Notes under the pieces: generated by a model
What the model was told of the DNA's origin: nothing
What the model saw: the letters and a program-made list of their open reading frames with translations, nothing else
Database searches by the model: none
Position numbers and translations under genes: made by a program
DNA from: Hydractinia symbiolongicarpus
Lineage: Eukaryota
DNA length: 64,000 nucleotides
Assembly: GCF_029227915.1 (NCBI RefSeq)
Contig: NC_079879.1
Span: 27,507,095-27,571,094 of the forward strand
Direction of reading: 5' to 3'
Shown: piece by piece, positions 38,911-52,194 of the stretch
Numbering within the stretch: position 1 is the first letter of the stretch
How the letters are laid out: each line of letters starts with the position of its first letter

Positions 38911-40244
38911 ACAATAAATTTCTGGAAGAGAATAAATCATGAAAATGATAAATGCAACAGTTGGCAAAATATGCTGTTTTCTCAAAATATAATTTATTAC
39001 AAATATAGCTAAACCAATCATCAATACAAATATTATCCATGTCAAATATTCTACTTTCTTGAAAATTAAAGATTACACAAAATAAATAAGGGTTAGTACC
39101 TAGTAGTCTGAGATAACACTATCAAACACTGCAGACGTTTTTTAAATCTTACAAAAACGTGCTTTTAAAACATTTTAATAGTTTAGAAGGTAGCTCTTAT
39201 ATTTTTGTGCTGACTCATTATCACCGTTCAATGAAGCCGACATGTAATTTTCTGTATGAACCTACGCACGAAGTTATTTGATGGATATCTGAATCATCAT
39301 CTGTCAGCGGATTGGTTTCCACACTTTCACAATCCGCAACATTTAAGATAGACAGACGCAGTGTGGAAACAAAAGTTGTCTTTCTGTACAAGTCTGTCTA
39401 TATAATTAACTTTCAAGGAACAAAAAAAATATGATAAACATGCAAAGTAGAGAGAATGGAAACGTCCAAATCTGTCGAATTTTTGTACAAATGAACAAAA
39501 AGTGTTACCAAGCTAATTAAGGAAAATGTGCTCACTTTTTTTTCAGAAAACTTCAATGTTTATATTCTTTATTACGATTTTCATATTTTTATAGCCAAAC
39601 AACTAGAGCAGGAAAATAATAGACGATAATAGATTTTAAAAACTTCTAATAGCCATACATAAAAAATAATAAAAATAATATAAAATAATTTTGTTAAGGG
39701 CGAAAACTTTGTTCTTCAAACAGTTCTTTCTGTAAAGATGACAAAACAGAGCCAGCGAGTTGCACAATAATTTCAATATATGAAAACCAGGCGTACAGGT
39801 ATAATTAAAAAGCATTAGCAAGCTAGGCTAAGACGCACGCTATCACAGGAATTTTCTATCCTTAATTTTAGTTTTCTTGTCACGTTTGTTATTTAGATTA
39901 ACTAATTGAATAGACACTTGATTAGGGAGGCAATCAGTTACAGAGATATTTCAATTTATTTCCAAGCCATGTGGTCTTAAACTTTATTAATTCTAATATC
40001 CACGTTGATCATTGCGATGTTTTAATAACTGCTTCGCAAATATGTACATCCCTTTTGAAACAGAGTAAACGTATTAATATAGCAGAAATAAAGAAGAACA
40101 TCTCAGTAAATTTAAAAAAATATGTGACTCATCTCTTTAATAATAGCCGTATTTTGTCCGACCCCCCGCTGAGTTAGAAAATCGTGCTACTGAAACACGA
40201 ATATCAAATGCGATATATTTTTATCCACTCTGTTGCCTCAGTTA

Positions 40245-40432
40245 AATTAAAAGGACCGGCGAACCCATGGATTTTTCCACGGGCTAACGACTAGTCTATA
40301 TTATGATACCCGTATGCGTCTGTCTGTCACGCAAAATGGTAGCCGCAGTAGCGAGACACAGGAAATGCGCTTAATAAAGAACGGGCGAAGCTGCGGATTT
40401 ATCCACGGGTTACCGACTAGTATACTATAATT
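40245..40432 (+). repeat. Two direct copies, ~140 bp apart, of the terminal 'ggatttttccacgggc..cgactagt' motif also found at the foldback element at 53.5-55 kb
   Basis: 40254 'ggcgaacccatggatttttccacgggctaacgactagtc' and 40393 'ggcgaagctgcggatttatccacgggttaccgactagta'. Confidence 0.6.
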
Positions 40433-41099
40433 AATAGTAGTTATTCTATTGCACAAAAATGTGCAGTAAGTCAAGTTTTAAGGTTGATATTGATTGATAA
40501 AGATATTAGTTGTTAAGATGGTCATTTCATATCATTTAAACGAGAAAGAACCAACATTGAAATTATCTTGCCTAGCAGGTAATTCTGGTGTTCAATTTTC
40601 TAACAGGGAAAGTATAAAAAAGTTACTATATATGCAGATTTGAAATACTTGTTGCTTTTTAATAGTGAAGAAAAATATATCAGTTCACATCAATAATATC
40701 ATTTCAGTTCATCGTAAAGTCGCTACCAAATTTGTCGTGGTTAAATAAATTATACAGTGGACCCTCTAACGCGAATAGCCACGGGGAATTAAAAACAGTT
40801 CGAATTAAGGAGAGTTCGAGTAATAGAGCGTTTGGCAGGAACTTCAGCAACAACTCTTTTAAAGCGTCGTGATTATAAAATTTAAAAAAGATAGGATGAT
40901 GTTTACGTTTTGTTAAAATGACATTTGAACACGCATTTGAATCACTTAAGGTCTCTTACACATGTAAGTATACGAATCGATTAAGATTCCATTTACGTCA
41001 AATAAAAGCAAGAAAGAAGCGCTAATGTCATTGAAATCATTTGAAGTCTGAAATGTCTATCGCGTGTTTCTAGTTATAAAGAGAAAATACGCAAAGGGA

Positions 41100-41270
41100 C
41101 AAAAAAAAAGAAATTGTTTGAGTTAAGGAGGTTTTCGAGTTATGGAGGTTCCAGTAATAGAGAGTTATTCAGGAAAGTTATTAGGAAATCTCCGCCGTGT
41201 CAGCAAAATTGTTCGAGTCATGGAGATATTCAAGTAATGAGGTTCGAGTTATAGAGAGTCCATTGTACCT
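41100..41270. repeat. Short degenerate tandem repeat (gttcgagtwatrgag-like units)
   Basis: 'gagttatggaggttccagtaatagagagtt..gttcgagtcatggagatattcaagtaatgaggttcgagttatagagag'. Confidence 0.5.
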
Positions 41271-42383
41271 ATTAAACAAACAAGATAGCGTAGTCGAGAT
41301 AAAATTTAAGAAAGGAAAACTTATCACCACAAAACTTTAAAGGGAACGATCATCTTTTTTGTAATTACTTCACATGTTACACTTCCTTGAATTCAAATCG
41401 CCACGATTTTTATCATCTTTCTGTATGTGAAGGGATTACAGAGGTGGCAAAACAGATAGATATGACAAAAAATTGCAAAGCAAAAGCACCTATATTATCC
41501 ACTTTTATTGACATTCAATAACATTCAAAAACAAGTTTAAGTAAAGTTTCACCACAACCTGCTTTTTATAAACATTCGATAGTTTGACTAAATAAAATAT
41601 ATTTCTCCAACTGACTTTTTGTCTATCACTAAAATAATACCTAACTACGTAGCGAGATATTGGTCAGCTCATGCTGTGGGCAAACACAAAATGCAGGTGT
41701 GATGTTTTGGGCAAATTGCGCAGCTTTTATCAATGGCATTTTAATTCATAATTTTATTAAATTTATTTGAAAGTACTTATTACTTAAAATTTGTGAATGA
41801 CTATTTGCTTAGATAAACATGTAAGCTTCTATGACAGTTAAACTTTCGAAAGAGTGTGAGACAGAACTGACAAGCGATACAAAGGTGAATTAAATTGTCT
41901 TATAATTTGTCGTATAATTTATAACGGAAGGCGCGGAGCACATGATTTGGTGAAGTAATTAAAACAATTTTACTTTTTATCATCAATTAAGGATACATTT
42001 AAGTAGGGGAAATGACACTGCAAAAATTTTTTGGTTTTGCCTACGTTGCTTTTATTAGTTCAATTTTAAAACAATTTGTGTAATTATTTGTCTTCCGAGA
42101 GATGCCTAAAGTTGATATAAATTAGAGCTTAATACCGTCATTTCACTTTTTAAGAGTATAAAAAGATAGAAGCTGCCAAATGTTAAAAGACTCTTCGCAA
42201 CTGTAAGTGGCGTCACTTAATTTTTCTTTCATTCAGTATATGTCTAACTAGACATCAATATCAAGAGCAGATATGAGCTGTAGAAAGTTTGTAACTATAA
42301 CACAGGATACGTTCATAATTGAACTTATTTCTATTTTGTAAATTCTCTATTCAACTTCAACCATTTTCTTTATAGATAAGAAA

Positions 42384-44146
42384 ATGGAAAAGAATCAACC
42401 CACTCCCGACTACAACAGAATGTACAACGATGACGAGTTTGGATATCCTGTGACAAATCAACCCTACATCTATCCTGGACGTTCTGTATGTTAATAAACT
42501 TAAAGGCGGGTTTCCACTGAAACGAATGTAGTCAAATCGATTGAATCGATCCATGGATTTTTAATTAAAATTGATTTTCACTTAAATTCCACCATATCTT
42601 AATCGATGACGATTCATTCAAATTTATTTTAAAACAAATAACACAAATTTGATATGAAATAATGATATTTAGCATGTACAAAATATTTTCGTGCTATTCT
42701 TTAAAAATTACTCATTCTTTTGCTTTGTGAGACTTTGAAACTTTTCTAAGAAGTGTCCGAAGACATTGAAATCCGCAATCTCATTCTACAAATAATATCT
42801 TAAATTCCTCAACACTCATCGACGAAAAATCACTCATCAGTGACGGTTGCTTTTGTCAAATAGTGTATTGATGTTGATGCATCAAATACACAATTACATT
42901 TTTGTTTAATATGTTTTAGCTGTCTTGCTTTTTCCCGCTTCTCAAAAAAGTTCATTTCTTCGTTGATTTGTTTAAACCACGTGGGTAAAAATCAATCAAG
43001 TAGAAAGCAATCCTACTTTTAAATTCTATTGAATTCGACCGCTGGGTCGACGTCGATCGACGAAGATGATGCAATGTTCTATTTTTAGTAGCCACCATTA
43101 TCAAACAAAAGCAACTTTTAGTTCGTCCATATTTTGTTTATTTGTGACGCCATGATGCGGTCGACGACAATCGATTTGACCATATTCGTTTAAGTGGAAA
43201 CCCTCCGTTACACTACTTTTTGTGTATTTTTTTTAAAGATTTGCTTTACGGACTTTACTAAAAAAATATTCTTTCCATTTTGCTAAATAGCATAGCTATG
43301 ATACTGACTAGCTTTGTACATCGAATCAATGAGCACCATCAAATGTAATACCTACCAGTATCAAAGATAAAAATCAAATATCGCGTACGCATTCAATAAA
43401 CAATGTTATTATTTGTTGCATCTCATTTTCTTAAGGTAAAAACTGTTACCATTTCTTTTTTCTCCTTATGCAAAACAAAAACTATTTTAAGTTTGATTCT
43501 ATGTGGGAAAATCTATTAGAATTTATGGAGATGACTGACTTAAACAGCACTCAGCCTCGTTTAAAAATCCCAAGACCAAATGTGTAACGAATTTTGATGT
43601 AATTGCTTCATCTGAATAAAATTTGCAAATCGGAACACTGCGCCACATCATTTAAAAAAGCAACTTAAGAAATCAAATGTAGCACGGAAAATTTCCTCTG
43701 CGATCCTTATTCAATGTATTTACATTTAGCAACCCATGTCTACAATGGTACCAGTTCAACAACCTTATGCAGAAACTGTGAATATACCAAACTATTTTGC
43801 TATATCTTTGCTATCTTGTATATTTTGTTGTTGGCCGGTTGGTATTGCTGCTATACTTAAATCCCAGGAGGTGAGTATCAAGGATTATTTTTTGTATAGG
43901 TTGTTGGAGCGGATGTTATTTCATTTATACAGCACATCTTCATTTTCTTTTAAAACATGTCGTAGTTGTTACTATCGTATGTTTTAGGTTAATAACGCAC
44001 TTGCTGTCAACGATATTCCACGTGCTCGAAAAGCATCAGACGCTGCTAAGAAATATGCCATCATTGCTTTTGTGCTTGGTTTGATTCTTATACCTGTCGT
44101 CGTTGTGACAAGAATAATGATAGCAAGCCAACAAGAACAACGATAG
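42384..44146 (+). CDS. CD225/dispanin-family (IFITM/PRRT-like) small membrane protein, paralog A. Three exons: 42384-42485, 43730-43870 and 43988-44146.
   Basis: Exon 1 'MEKNQPTPDYNRMYNDDEFGYPVTNQPYIYPGRS' ends at donor gtatgt. Exon 2 follows acceptor tttag: 'QPMSTMVPVQQPYAETVNIPNYFAISLLSCIFCCWPVGIAAILKSQE', then donor gtgagt. Exon 3 follows acceptor ttttag: 'VNNALAVNDIPRARKASDAAKKYAIIAFVLGLILIPVVVVTRIMIASQQEQR*'. 'CCWPxGxxAxxxSxxV..GD/ND..A..AS..AK' followed by a TM helix is the CD225 signature. Confidence 0.8.
42496..43210. mobile_element. TIR-bounded MITE (~715 bp) lying in intron 1 of CD225 paralog A
   Basis: 42496 'ggcgggtttccactgaaacgaatgtagtcaaatcgattg' is the reverse complement of 43163-43210 'caatcgatttgaccatattcgtttaagtggaaaccctccg', about 39 bp with ~4 mismatches. 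Confidence 0.7.
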
Positions 44147-46089
44147 AAGTGTCAACAACACAATACGACGACAAGTATCTTAACATACTAGCATATAGTT
44201 ACAAACTAATTGTCGCCCCATACTTGAACATTCGTTTATCTGTTTTTATTGATTATTATATTTATTTAATTGAGTATCTTGGGATTTGAAACAAATAATG
44301 AAAAATATGAAGTATGGTTGATTTTGGAGACTTTACATGAAATTCTTTCGCACATTCCAAATATTACCAAATAAGAAAGTGAGTTACACTGCCATGGCAC
44401 ACATTTTATTTAGACTTTATCTGACTAATTTCAATTAACGAAAATTGGCCTTAGTATTTTCTGTCCATGTATTTTTGTTAAAATTGATATGTAACCCAAA
44501 ACACGTCATGCCAAGTTTTAAGTCATTTTTTTAAGTTCTACTGAAGATATACGAATTGTATTTTATTCAAAACGTATGGTTTCAATCGAAATTTCTGTTT
44601 TAAACAGCTGACCTTTTCTTTTCTTTGTTTTAACATTGTACAAGATTTGCTTTGCTTAGGTCATGTGGGTTGCAAAATATTAAAAGCGGCTTGACATTCG
44701 TCCTGAATATAAAGCCTAAAACTTCCTGGCATGTACAAGGTTAAAAAACAATCCAAAGACTGTCGATACACTGGTATAGCTAAAACAGTCACAGAACAAG
44801 CTCCTACATTAATCTTGAATAAAAAACCGAAAACTGATTGCGGATATCACCTCACAGTCAAGCAATTTTGGGGCTGTAAAAAGTCCAGAATTTGTTTAAA
44901 CTACACCTTCTGCATACCCGGTCTATCATTACTTAGTCATAGTTGAAACAGTTGGGAATGCTCCAATACAGGTGTAAAAAACTAGCTACATTTAAATGTT
45001 TAAATTTAAAACAGAATAAAAACGTCTATGCTGTTGGTACTTTAACCTTAGGTAGGTAACAATAACATTATCTACCTATAACATTATCCGTAAGCAACAA
45101 TAACACAGAATAAAATATAAAGTTGTAGCTACCTAGCAGCAAGATTCTTGCATAAGTATGGTAGGTATGATAGGTTGCTATCTTAGCTAGTACATAACTT
45201 TAATAAACTTGTTCCGCATTTATGTGTAGCTTAAAGCAAATAAAAGTGCTTGAAAAGGTATAATTCTTACATGGCGCAATTTTTTCCGCTTACGAGATTT
45301 AGTTCTGGATACTTTAAATGCTGCATTTACCTTTTTTTGTCGATTTGCACTCCAACTTATATTTTCTTCGTATAGTTGATTTAAATTATTTCTTAACTAT
45401 TGAGAAAATTGACTGAATAATGACATACACATGCGTATACACAATTAAGTTAGCGCGGTCAGTAGTCAGCAATAAAAAAAGGTATGATGATATAAAACAT
45501 GACAAACAGGTACAACGTAATAGAATTCATCGCACCAATATAAAAAATAAAATGTAAGGAAGAACACATTTTTGATCTATTTTTCCGTATCGTTTATTTA
45601 AAAAAAACTCTTATCATTCCAACAGGGTCTTTTAATGGGGTTTGTAATTAATAATTATGGTGAAACTACCGTCTTTTTAACAGTGTCATACCTAGGGTAT
45701 GAATGACTCGAAGGCTGACCCATTAGCTCAAAAAATGGAAGTGAAATGCTTCTAGTTGCTCCTAGTTAGAAACTGTGCAAAAGAAATTGAAATCAACATC
45801 TAGTCAATTATCGTCTCATTAAACAGTTTATTACTGATTTTTCCTGAAGCTATGTTTGCTCAAGACTCCCATACATTAGACGAATAGGTCAACCGCAAAA
45901 GCAAGACCCCTCTCTTCTTAACAGAAAAATTTCGAATAGTGACGAATTGTCAGAAAATGAAGAAAATCGTTACCTTGGTGGGACTTTGTAGATATTAACA
46001 AAGCCTTTAATCTGTTAATCACCTTAACGGCTGTTTAAAACCGCCGATTCTATATATCGTTTTTATTCAGCTTTTCAAGCTCTACACAA

Positions 46090-46392
46090 TATTAGGAATA
46101 AATAACTTGCAAACAGATAAAAAATAACTGACGTCATCTCCCGCGTTGGTAAGTAGGGTCAAAGAGACTAGTTGATGACGTAGTATTTAAACTCCAGTAT
46201 CTCCTCAGCTGTTTGTCAAAAGTACCCGATTTTAGTACACATTTTCTTTATCAGCATTTTAAGTTTTATACAATAGACGCGTGACGGCTGAACAAATTAC
46301 ACTGATAATAATTTTGTGTATCGATGGGTCATTGCTGAGATCATCACAATTCTGCCTTAGTGGATTTTCCACTTATCGACTATCTTATATAA
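46090..46392. repeat. Partial copy of the CRE-palindrome foldback family (terminal module plus TGACGT-containing segment)
   Basis: 46321-46390 'gatgggtcattgctgagatcatcacaattctgccttagtggattttccacttatcgactatc' aligns to 54975-55042 'cctgacgtcatcaaaatttttatcctgccttagtggatttttccacgggccttatcgactagt'. 46128 'ctgacgtcatc' and 46173 'gatgacgtag' are also present. Confidence 0.5.
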
Positions 46393-47981
46393 ATTTTCCT
46401 GTCAGTAGCGTCAGCGAAGTGGATGTGTATGTCTTATGGGCTTGCCGATAAATTAGTTATTTGTTGCCGTTAATACATTGGTTTGACGTCAAGAACATAA
46501 TTCTGATTAGTGAAGCCATTGCATTTCACTTTTAAGTTTAAGACTACATAATTTGGAAGCGGTTGGAAATAGCTGTTTCCCATTGTCGCGTGTGTACCCA
46601 GGAGCAAGCTACCTGAGAGCAAAACTGATCAAATTCTCTGAAACTGAACCCTAAGACCGTTTTTGAGTTGATGGGTTGCTGTCGTCCTTAAAGAATATAT
46701 ACATTCTACTTAGCCCTTTTTAAGGGAGCAACTAGATAAAGTTTCGCTTTGTTCGAAGTAAAATGAAATTTCTAATTAAATTAAATTCCTCTATAAAAAG
46801 ACAACAAACGGGCAGCCTTAATTTACATCAATCATATAATAACTGCACATGTGCAGTTGCCAGTGAAGTTTCATTTTTGTCAAAAGAACACAAAGTGAAA
46901 TTTAGATCGAAGAAGTTTCACTTTGGGCTATAAAGTATATATCTTAAAGTTTATGAACGGTGACAAACGAGTTTTGACTTCACTTGGGACGAAAGGAAAC
47001 TCTTACGTAAACGCCGCCCAAGGTTTGTTGTTTGCTAAAAAAAAGTTTAACATGATTTGATATAATTTCTTTGAAGCAATCTTTTTACCTTTTCTCGTAT
47101 ACTATTCACAATTCGACGACCAAAACCAAACAGAAACGTCTGCATTATTATACTCGTTTGTAAAGCAACGAGTGTGATAACAGCGAACATGTGTGAAATA
47201 AACCACAAATTTTGACAATACTTATACCTTTAAAAGCCCTTCCTTTGTATCTACTATGCTTCCTTTTTTTGTCAGCGTTAAGTAATGCCGTACGTCCGTA
47301 CTTATTTATTTCATACTCATACTAATTTATGTTGTACTAATTTATTTCTATTAATTGTATTTTTTGAAAGGCAAAATAATGCTGTGACCTCATATGCAAA
47401 AAATCTAGCAAGACTCCATTCCAGATCGCATCTTTAGCAACTGTGTTTTTTAATTTTTAGAGAATGGAAGAAAAATCTGGATTTCTAACCGGTTACACCT
47501 TACGCTCGACATCAACAACAACCCATTAGAATAGAACAAGTATGAATGCAGGATAATCTAGATCTTTCTTAAAGAAAATAAAACAGAAAGTGAAAACCAA
47601 AAACAAAAATAGAACAATTCTTTGTTTCAAAATTACTGTTTTTGCCGGAATACAATAACAGAAATATAATTTATTAGCATATATTTACGAACATGTTTCG
47701 ATATTAAGAGTACATCACATATACACGTGGAAACTTAAAATGTTAATTGTACATCTAAGTACTTTTTAAAGACAAATATCTACCCTTTTCACACTTGCGA
47801 TGTCAATACCATTACATTTAAAAAAAATATGGGTAACAGCTTACATAAATGAATCGTCCATGATAAGGTGAACTAAGTAAATATATAAATTACTGAGCTT
47901 AAACTTCTACATTAGGACTGCTTATTCGCCCTATGTTTATGCCTTTCAGTGCACTTGTAGAAATAGCATTATGTTCATTAG

Positions 47982-48336
47982 GTGTCTGTACCAAACTACG
48001 CTGTCATGTCTTGGCTAGCTTGTTTGTTTTGTTGTTGGCCAATTGGTATTGCAGCTATAATTAAATCCAACGAGGTGAGCACCATGCCAATCCCATAATA
48101 ATATTACTCGAATCACTTTTTTAATGTGGTTGCATTTACTTTGTTATCTCAAATGTAATTCGTGCTTGTTTTAGGTGGATAATGCACTTGTTGTCAAGGA
48201 TATTCCACGCGCTCAACGAGCATCAAAAGCTGCTAAGAAATACGCCATTGTTGCCGTTATACTTAGCCTGATTTTCATACCTATTGCCATTGTACTAATT
48301 CGTCAAAGTGTGTTGAATGTGATGAATGCAAATTGA
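47982..48336 (+). CDS. CD225/dispanin-family paralog B. Exons 2 and 3 are at 47982-48074 and 48175-48336. Exon 1 is uncertain or possibly disrupted.
   Basis: Exon 2 follows acceptor cattag: 'VSVPNYAVMSWLACLFCCWPIGIAAIIKSNE', then donor gtgagc. Exon 3 follows acceptor ttttag: 'VDNALVVKDIPRAQRASKAAKKYAIVAVILSLIFIPIAIVLIRQSVLNVMNAN*'. Exon structure and phases match paralogs A and C. Confidence 0.7.
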
Positions 48337-51300
48337 ACTATATAGTTTGTTTTATGAACTAAAATAGTCTACTTTATGTTTACAAAGTTGTTAGTTTTAT
48401 GAACATTGTTAGCCATTGTATAACATGTACATATAAATACATTAGCGGCTAAGGCGTCTAAAACCAATATAATTGCACCGTTGATGAACAAATGACGTAA
48501 AACAATTTAATCTTCATGTAATCCTTAGTTGAAAATAAAACAGGAACTTTTTTTATTTTTCTTTCTCGGAAATTATTTCTTTGCTATATTTAAAAAAACA
48601 AAAAATGTCATGACCTTAAGGAATTTTGTCTTGAGTAATATTTATAAACAACCAAATGTTTGCAACAACCTGTAAGTTCATAAAAATTAGACCCAGATAA
48701 GTAAAAAATGAGAAAGGGTAATGTTGAACACAAGTTATGTTTGTAATTGTGTTATCTGTGCACAAAATATATTTCTGAAACCGCCGCAAACTCCGTTTTT
48801 TAACGAACTTTTTTCTGCTTCTTCACGTAGTACGTAGACCAATCACGTAGCCCGCATTTTGTGAATAACCAATTTAAGTTCTTTACGGCCTCGGTATGCA
48901 AAGAAATATGTAACAAGAGAAAAAAAACAACAGAATTACACACGAAACACTGCCACGCTGTGTACACTTTACTGGATTTGTGACATACAGTATAGCTTTA
49001 CTATAGCACTCCATCTGGAGATGCGGCACGGCTCACCTTCACTTTAGCGCTCAACATGGTGTTTACCGATTAATTGCGGGTGGCTTACCCCAGTCTTTCC
49101 CTCTAGTCTATTATACTTACTCCCCAGTTCCGTCTGCTTATCTGAATCTGTGTGACATTACTTGTGCATTAATTTTTTACTTTAACAAACCAATTACACT
49201 CCCTATGATTTCAAATCTGATCACAACAAATTTAAATTAGAATAAAATAGACAATTTTCTGACTGATAAAATTATTTAATTTTTTTCACATCTTTTGTTT
49301 CAGCCAGTTATAAATGTAAACAATTTTTTTTTATAAAATACAGACATTGTTTTAAAGATTGTAACTCATTTTGAAAGATTGTAAAAAATCTATTCAACTT
49401 TGCCTGTGACAGACACAGAGATAGACAGACCTGGAGTATTAATATAGTAAATTAAAACTGCGACAAGCCATACAATTTTTTTCAGTGAATATTCATATCA
49501 TTTGATTAAAAAAAAACAATTCCAATTAAACAACAAGTCTAAAAACTAAATTAAAAGTTGCACCAAGAAAATGACAACTAACAAATAGTCGTGTTTCGAA
49601 ATTGTTCGGGGGTAAGTGTGGCTTTACGTTTGCTGCAGCTTCGGCGTTAATGATGCGGTGGTAGATCATTCGTAATCAGAAGTCTAGCTTCAGCAGCGTG
49701 GTGCTTGACAATAGTGATTATCGAAAGTACTCCATGATAAACCAATATAAACATGATATCCTTAATAGCTTCGATTAACAGCTATCATACATTTGAACTT
49801 TACATTGCCCTGTCAAAGATTACTTAACTAAGAGCACATGAAGAAATTTTGGAACATTTTAGAATTAAATAAAAGGATCAGCTGATCATTACGCTGCGAT
49901 TAGATTGAGTTTTGTTTTCCATATGCTGTCTATGCTTTTACCCTTTGTAATATTAGTTTTCGGATCATGACAGAAGGTGGTAAAACCAACGCTGAGATTT
50001 CATCAGGACAACTCCTAAAATGAAACATCGAGTGTTTTTGAACAAAACGTTGTCAGATAGAAATCATTTAAAGTCACCAATTTGCCATATTGGAGGAACA
50101 TTTTAGGAGTTATCATAAAAACAGTAAATTGACGCTGGAATCCACCGCCTAGTATAGTATAGCATAGTTAAATTATTTATAAACAAGCTAATTTTTAAAG
50201 TTATCACTGAACAAAGTTGTTGTTTAAAACGTACGTTCTCTACAAATGTTTAAAAAGGTTGTTTTAAAGCACTTTATTTTTTTATAATATACCACTTTAT
50301 TAGTAAAAAGTTTGTTAGTGTATCAAACACAAACATACTCCTGCTGTAACACACGGTTCAGTGTAGTTCACCACAGTACCAAAAAATATTTTGTCGAATC
50401 AGGAGTAGAAATTGCGTATATGATGTTACAACAATTTGTAAAAGATAGTGCCCAAAACTTTTGCAAAAAACCATTTCTGAGAATCCACCATAGCATCATC
50501 TACTAGTCCAACCAGATCTATGTACCCTATTTTTAAAAAATGCTCACATAAATTTTTTATAGATTCACAGATGCAGAGACTGATTAAATAGGTGACATCA
50601 CATACGGAGCTTGTTGCGTGGATGATTTTTCTGCGCGTGCTTTAGATTGTGATTTCATGGTTCACTATGGACATATTTGTGTTGGTGAGAATTTTTTTTG
50701 CTAGATATAAAAAAGGGCTTACAAACAAAAAAGCCCTCTCTAATTATGACGTTATGCTTTAAAAATGAAAATTACTATCATCAATTTTCTTTTTCAAGTG
50801 TACCAAACGATGCGATATATGTCTGTAATGTAACAACCAAAACTAGGCATACTCACCGGAATGGGTGAAAAGCTATTAAAACAACCCATCAATGATGGTA
50901 TGGTTTGATAAATTCACATAGAATACAAAAACTGAGTTAGCTAATCATCCCAAATGAAAACATTATTTTTAAACAGATAGCTCTTTGAGATCAATCTCGT
51001 ACCCAGCACATTTTCAATCTTTTTTTGACACGACGGGACGCAGTACCGTTGCTTTTTGATGAATTATTGTAATCCAGAAATTATTGTAAAGTGAGTATCA
51101 AATCCGGTAACCACCAGTAATTAAATAAGCCGTCTCTATGTACCTATCACGCACTCAAAAGTTGTGAAAACCAATTTTCAAAACAGACTTGTGTTATTTG
51201 GTTAAATTTAAAAACTTACATCCTACATGCACCATACACTTTTGTAACTCAATTCCCTTTTTTCAGACATTCTAAGGTCGTGGGGAAAATATACCTTTCC

Positions 51301-51485
51301 CGAAACTTATTGCGCAATAATTTTTTTAAACATAAAAGCGAGGCGAGGCAATGTAGAAATGTAAACAAACGCGTAGCGGCATATCATTCTGCATGTCTGT
51401 TAAGAGGTGTTAAATTTTACAGATATGATTCATATAATACGCGTGAAGAACAAGTTTCCCAGCTGCTTGATATTTTTTATAAATT

Positions 51486-51926
51486 TTGAGGCAAGTGATG
51501 TTTTGTTTGCTTTTCAATGTTTCACGATGGAAGCACATTATGCTGGATCAAGCAAAACACGGCCAAAAAAACTTATCTGGAGGGTATGGTAGATACTGTT
51601 GCATAACGCAATGTACCAGTGCGTTTTATAATTCAGAAAGAAAACCAGCTGGCATATCTTTTTTGAAGATCCCTCAAAAAAATCCGGAAAGAAAAAGGTG
51701 GATTAACGGGATACGCAATTTTAAAAAACAGGGAGCAAGCGATGGATTTGATTTTGCTAAAAAAATATATGTTTGGGAATTTCATTTCCAGGCAGAGGAT
51801 ATTCGTGTTTCATTGGGTATTGGTAGAAAAACATTGAAGCCGAGAGAAATACCTTCAATTTTTGAGTTCAAAAAGAAGAAAGAAAAGCGTAAGGAAATGT
51901 CCAAAGAAGCGATCATGGATAATTAA
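51486..51926 (+). CDS. THAP-like zinc-finger domain ORF, with the third Cys apparently replaced
   Basis: 'YCCITQCTSAFYN..ISFLKIPQKNPERKRWINGI..IYVWEFHFQAEDI..REIPSIFEF' follows the THAP layout CxxC..W..P..(C)xxH..AVPTIF. 'WEFHF' sits where 'CxxHF' is expected. Confidence 0.5.
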   Translation: MRQVMFCLLFNVSRWKHIMLDQAKHGQKNLSGGYGRYCCITQCTSAFYNSERKPAGISFLKIPQKNPERKRWINGIRNFKKQGASDGFDFAKKIYVWEFHFQAEDIRVSLGIGRKTLKPREIPSIFEFKKKKEKRKEMSKEAIMDN

Positions 51927-52194
51927 TGACAAATGTCTTTTGAATATACACCTGACAGTGAGGGAGAAATCTCGGATGAGAGTGAAACCAGTTTAATAGA
52001 AAATTAATAACTAAGGGAAAAAATAAAGAAATTGGAAGAGGAAAAAAACTTTATTGCAAAGTGAACATACTTATTGCAATCTGCAAGTCTTTATAGGCAT
52101 GATAGTAAATCGAAAAATAAAAAACATTTCAAAAGCACAACTGGCTTAGATCCAGATATTTTTTGATCCTGGTGAAGACTGTAAAAGTTTCAAA

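Noticed and set aside
49600-49700. GC-richer segment 'cgggggtaagtgtggctttacgtttgctgcagcttcggcgttaatgatgcggtggtagatcattcgtaatcag' considered as a possible tRNA or snRNA
   Set aside because: There is no T-loop GTTCGAATC-type box and no cloverleaf could be built, so it is not supported.
50700-50760. Stem-loop 'aagggcttacaaacaaaaaagccctc' that resembles a rho-independent terminator
   Set aside because: The context is eukaryotic. The resemblance is coincidental, with no adjacent bacterial gene and no T-tract logic.
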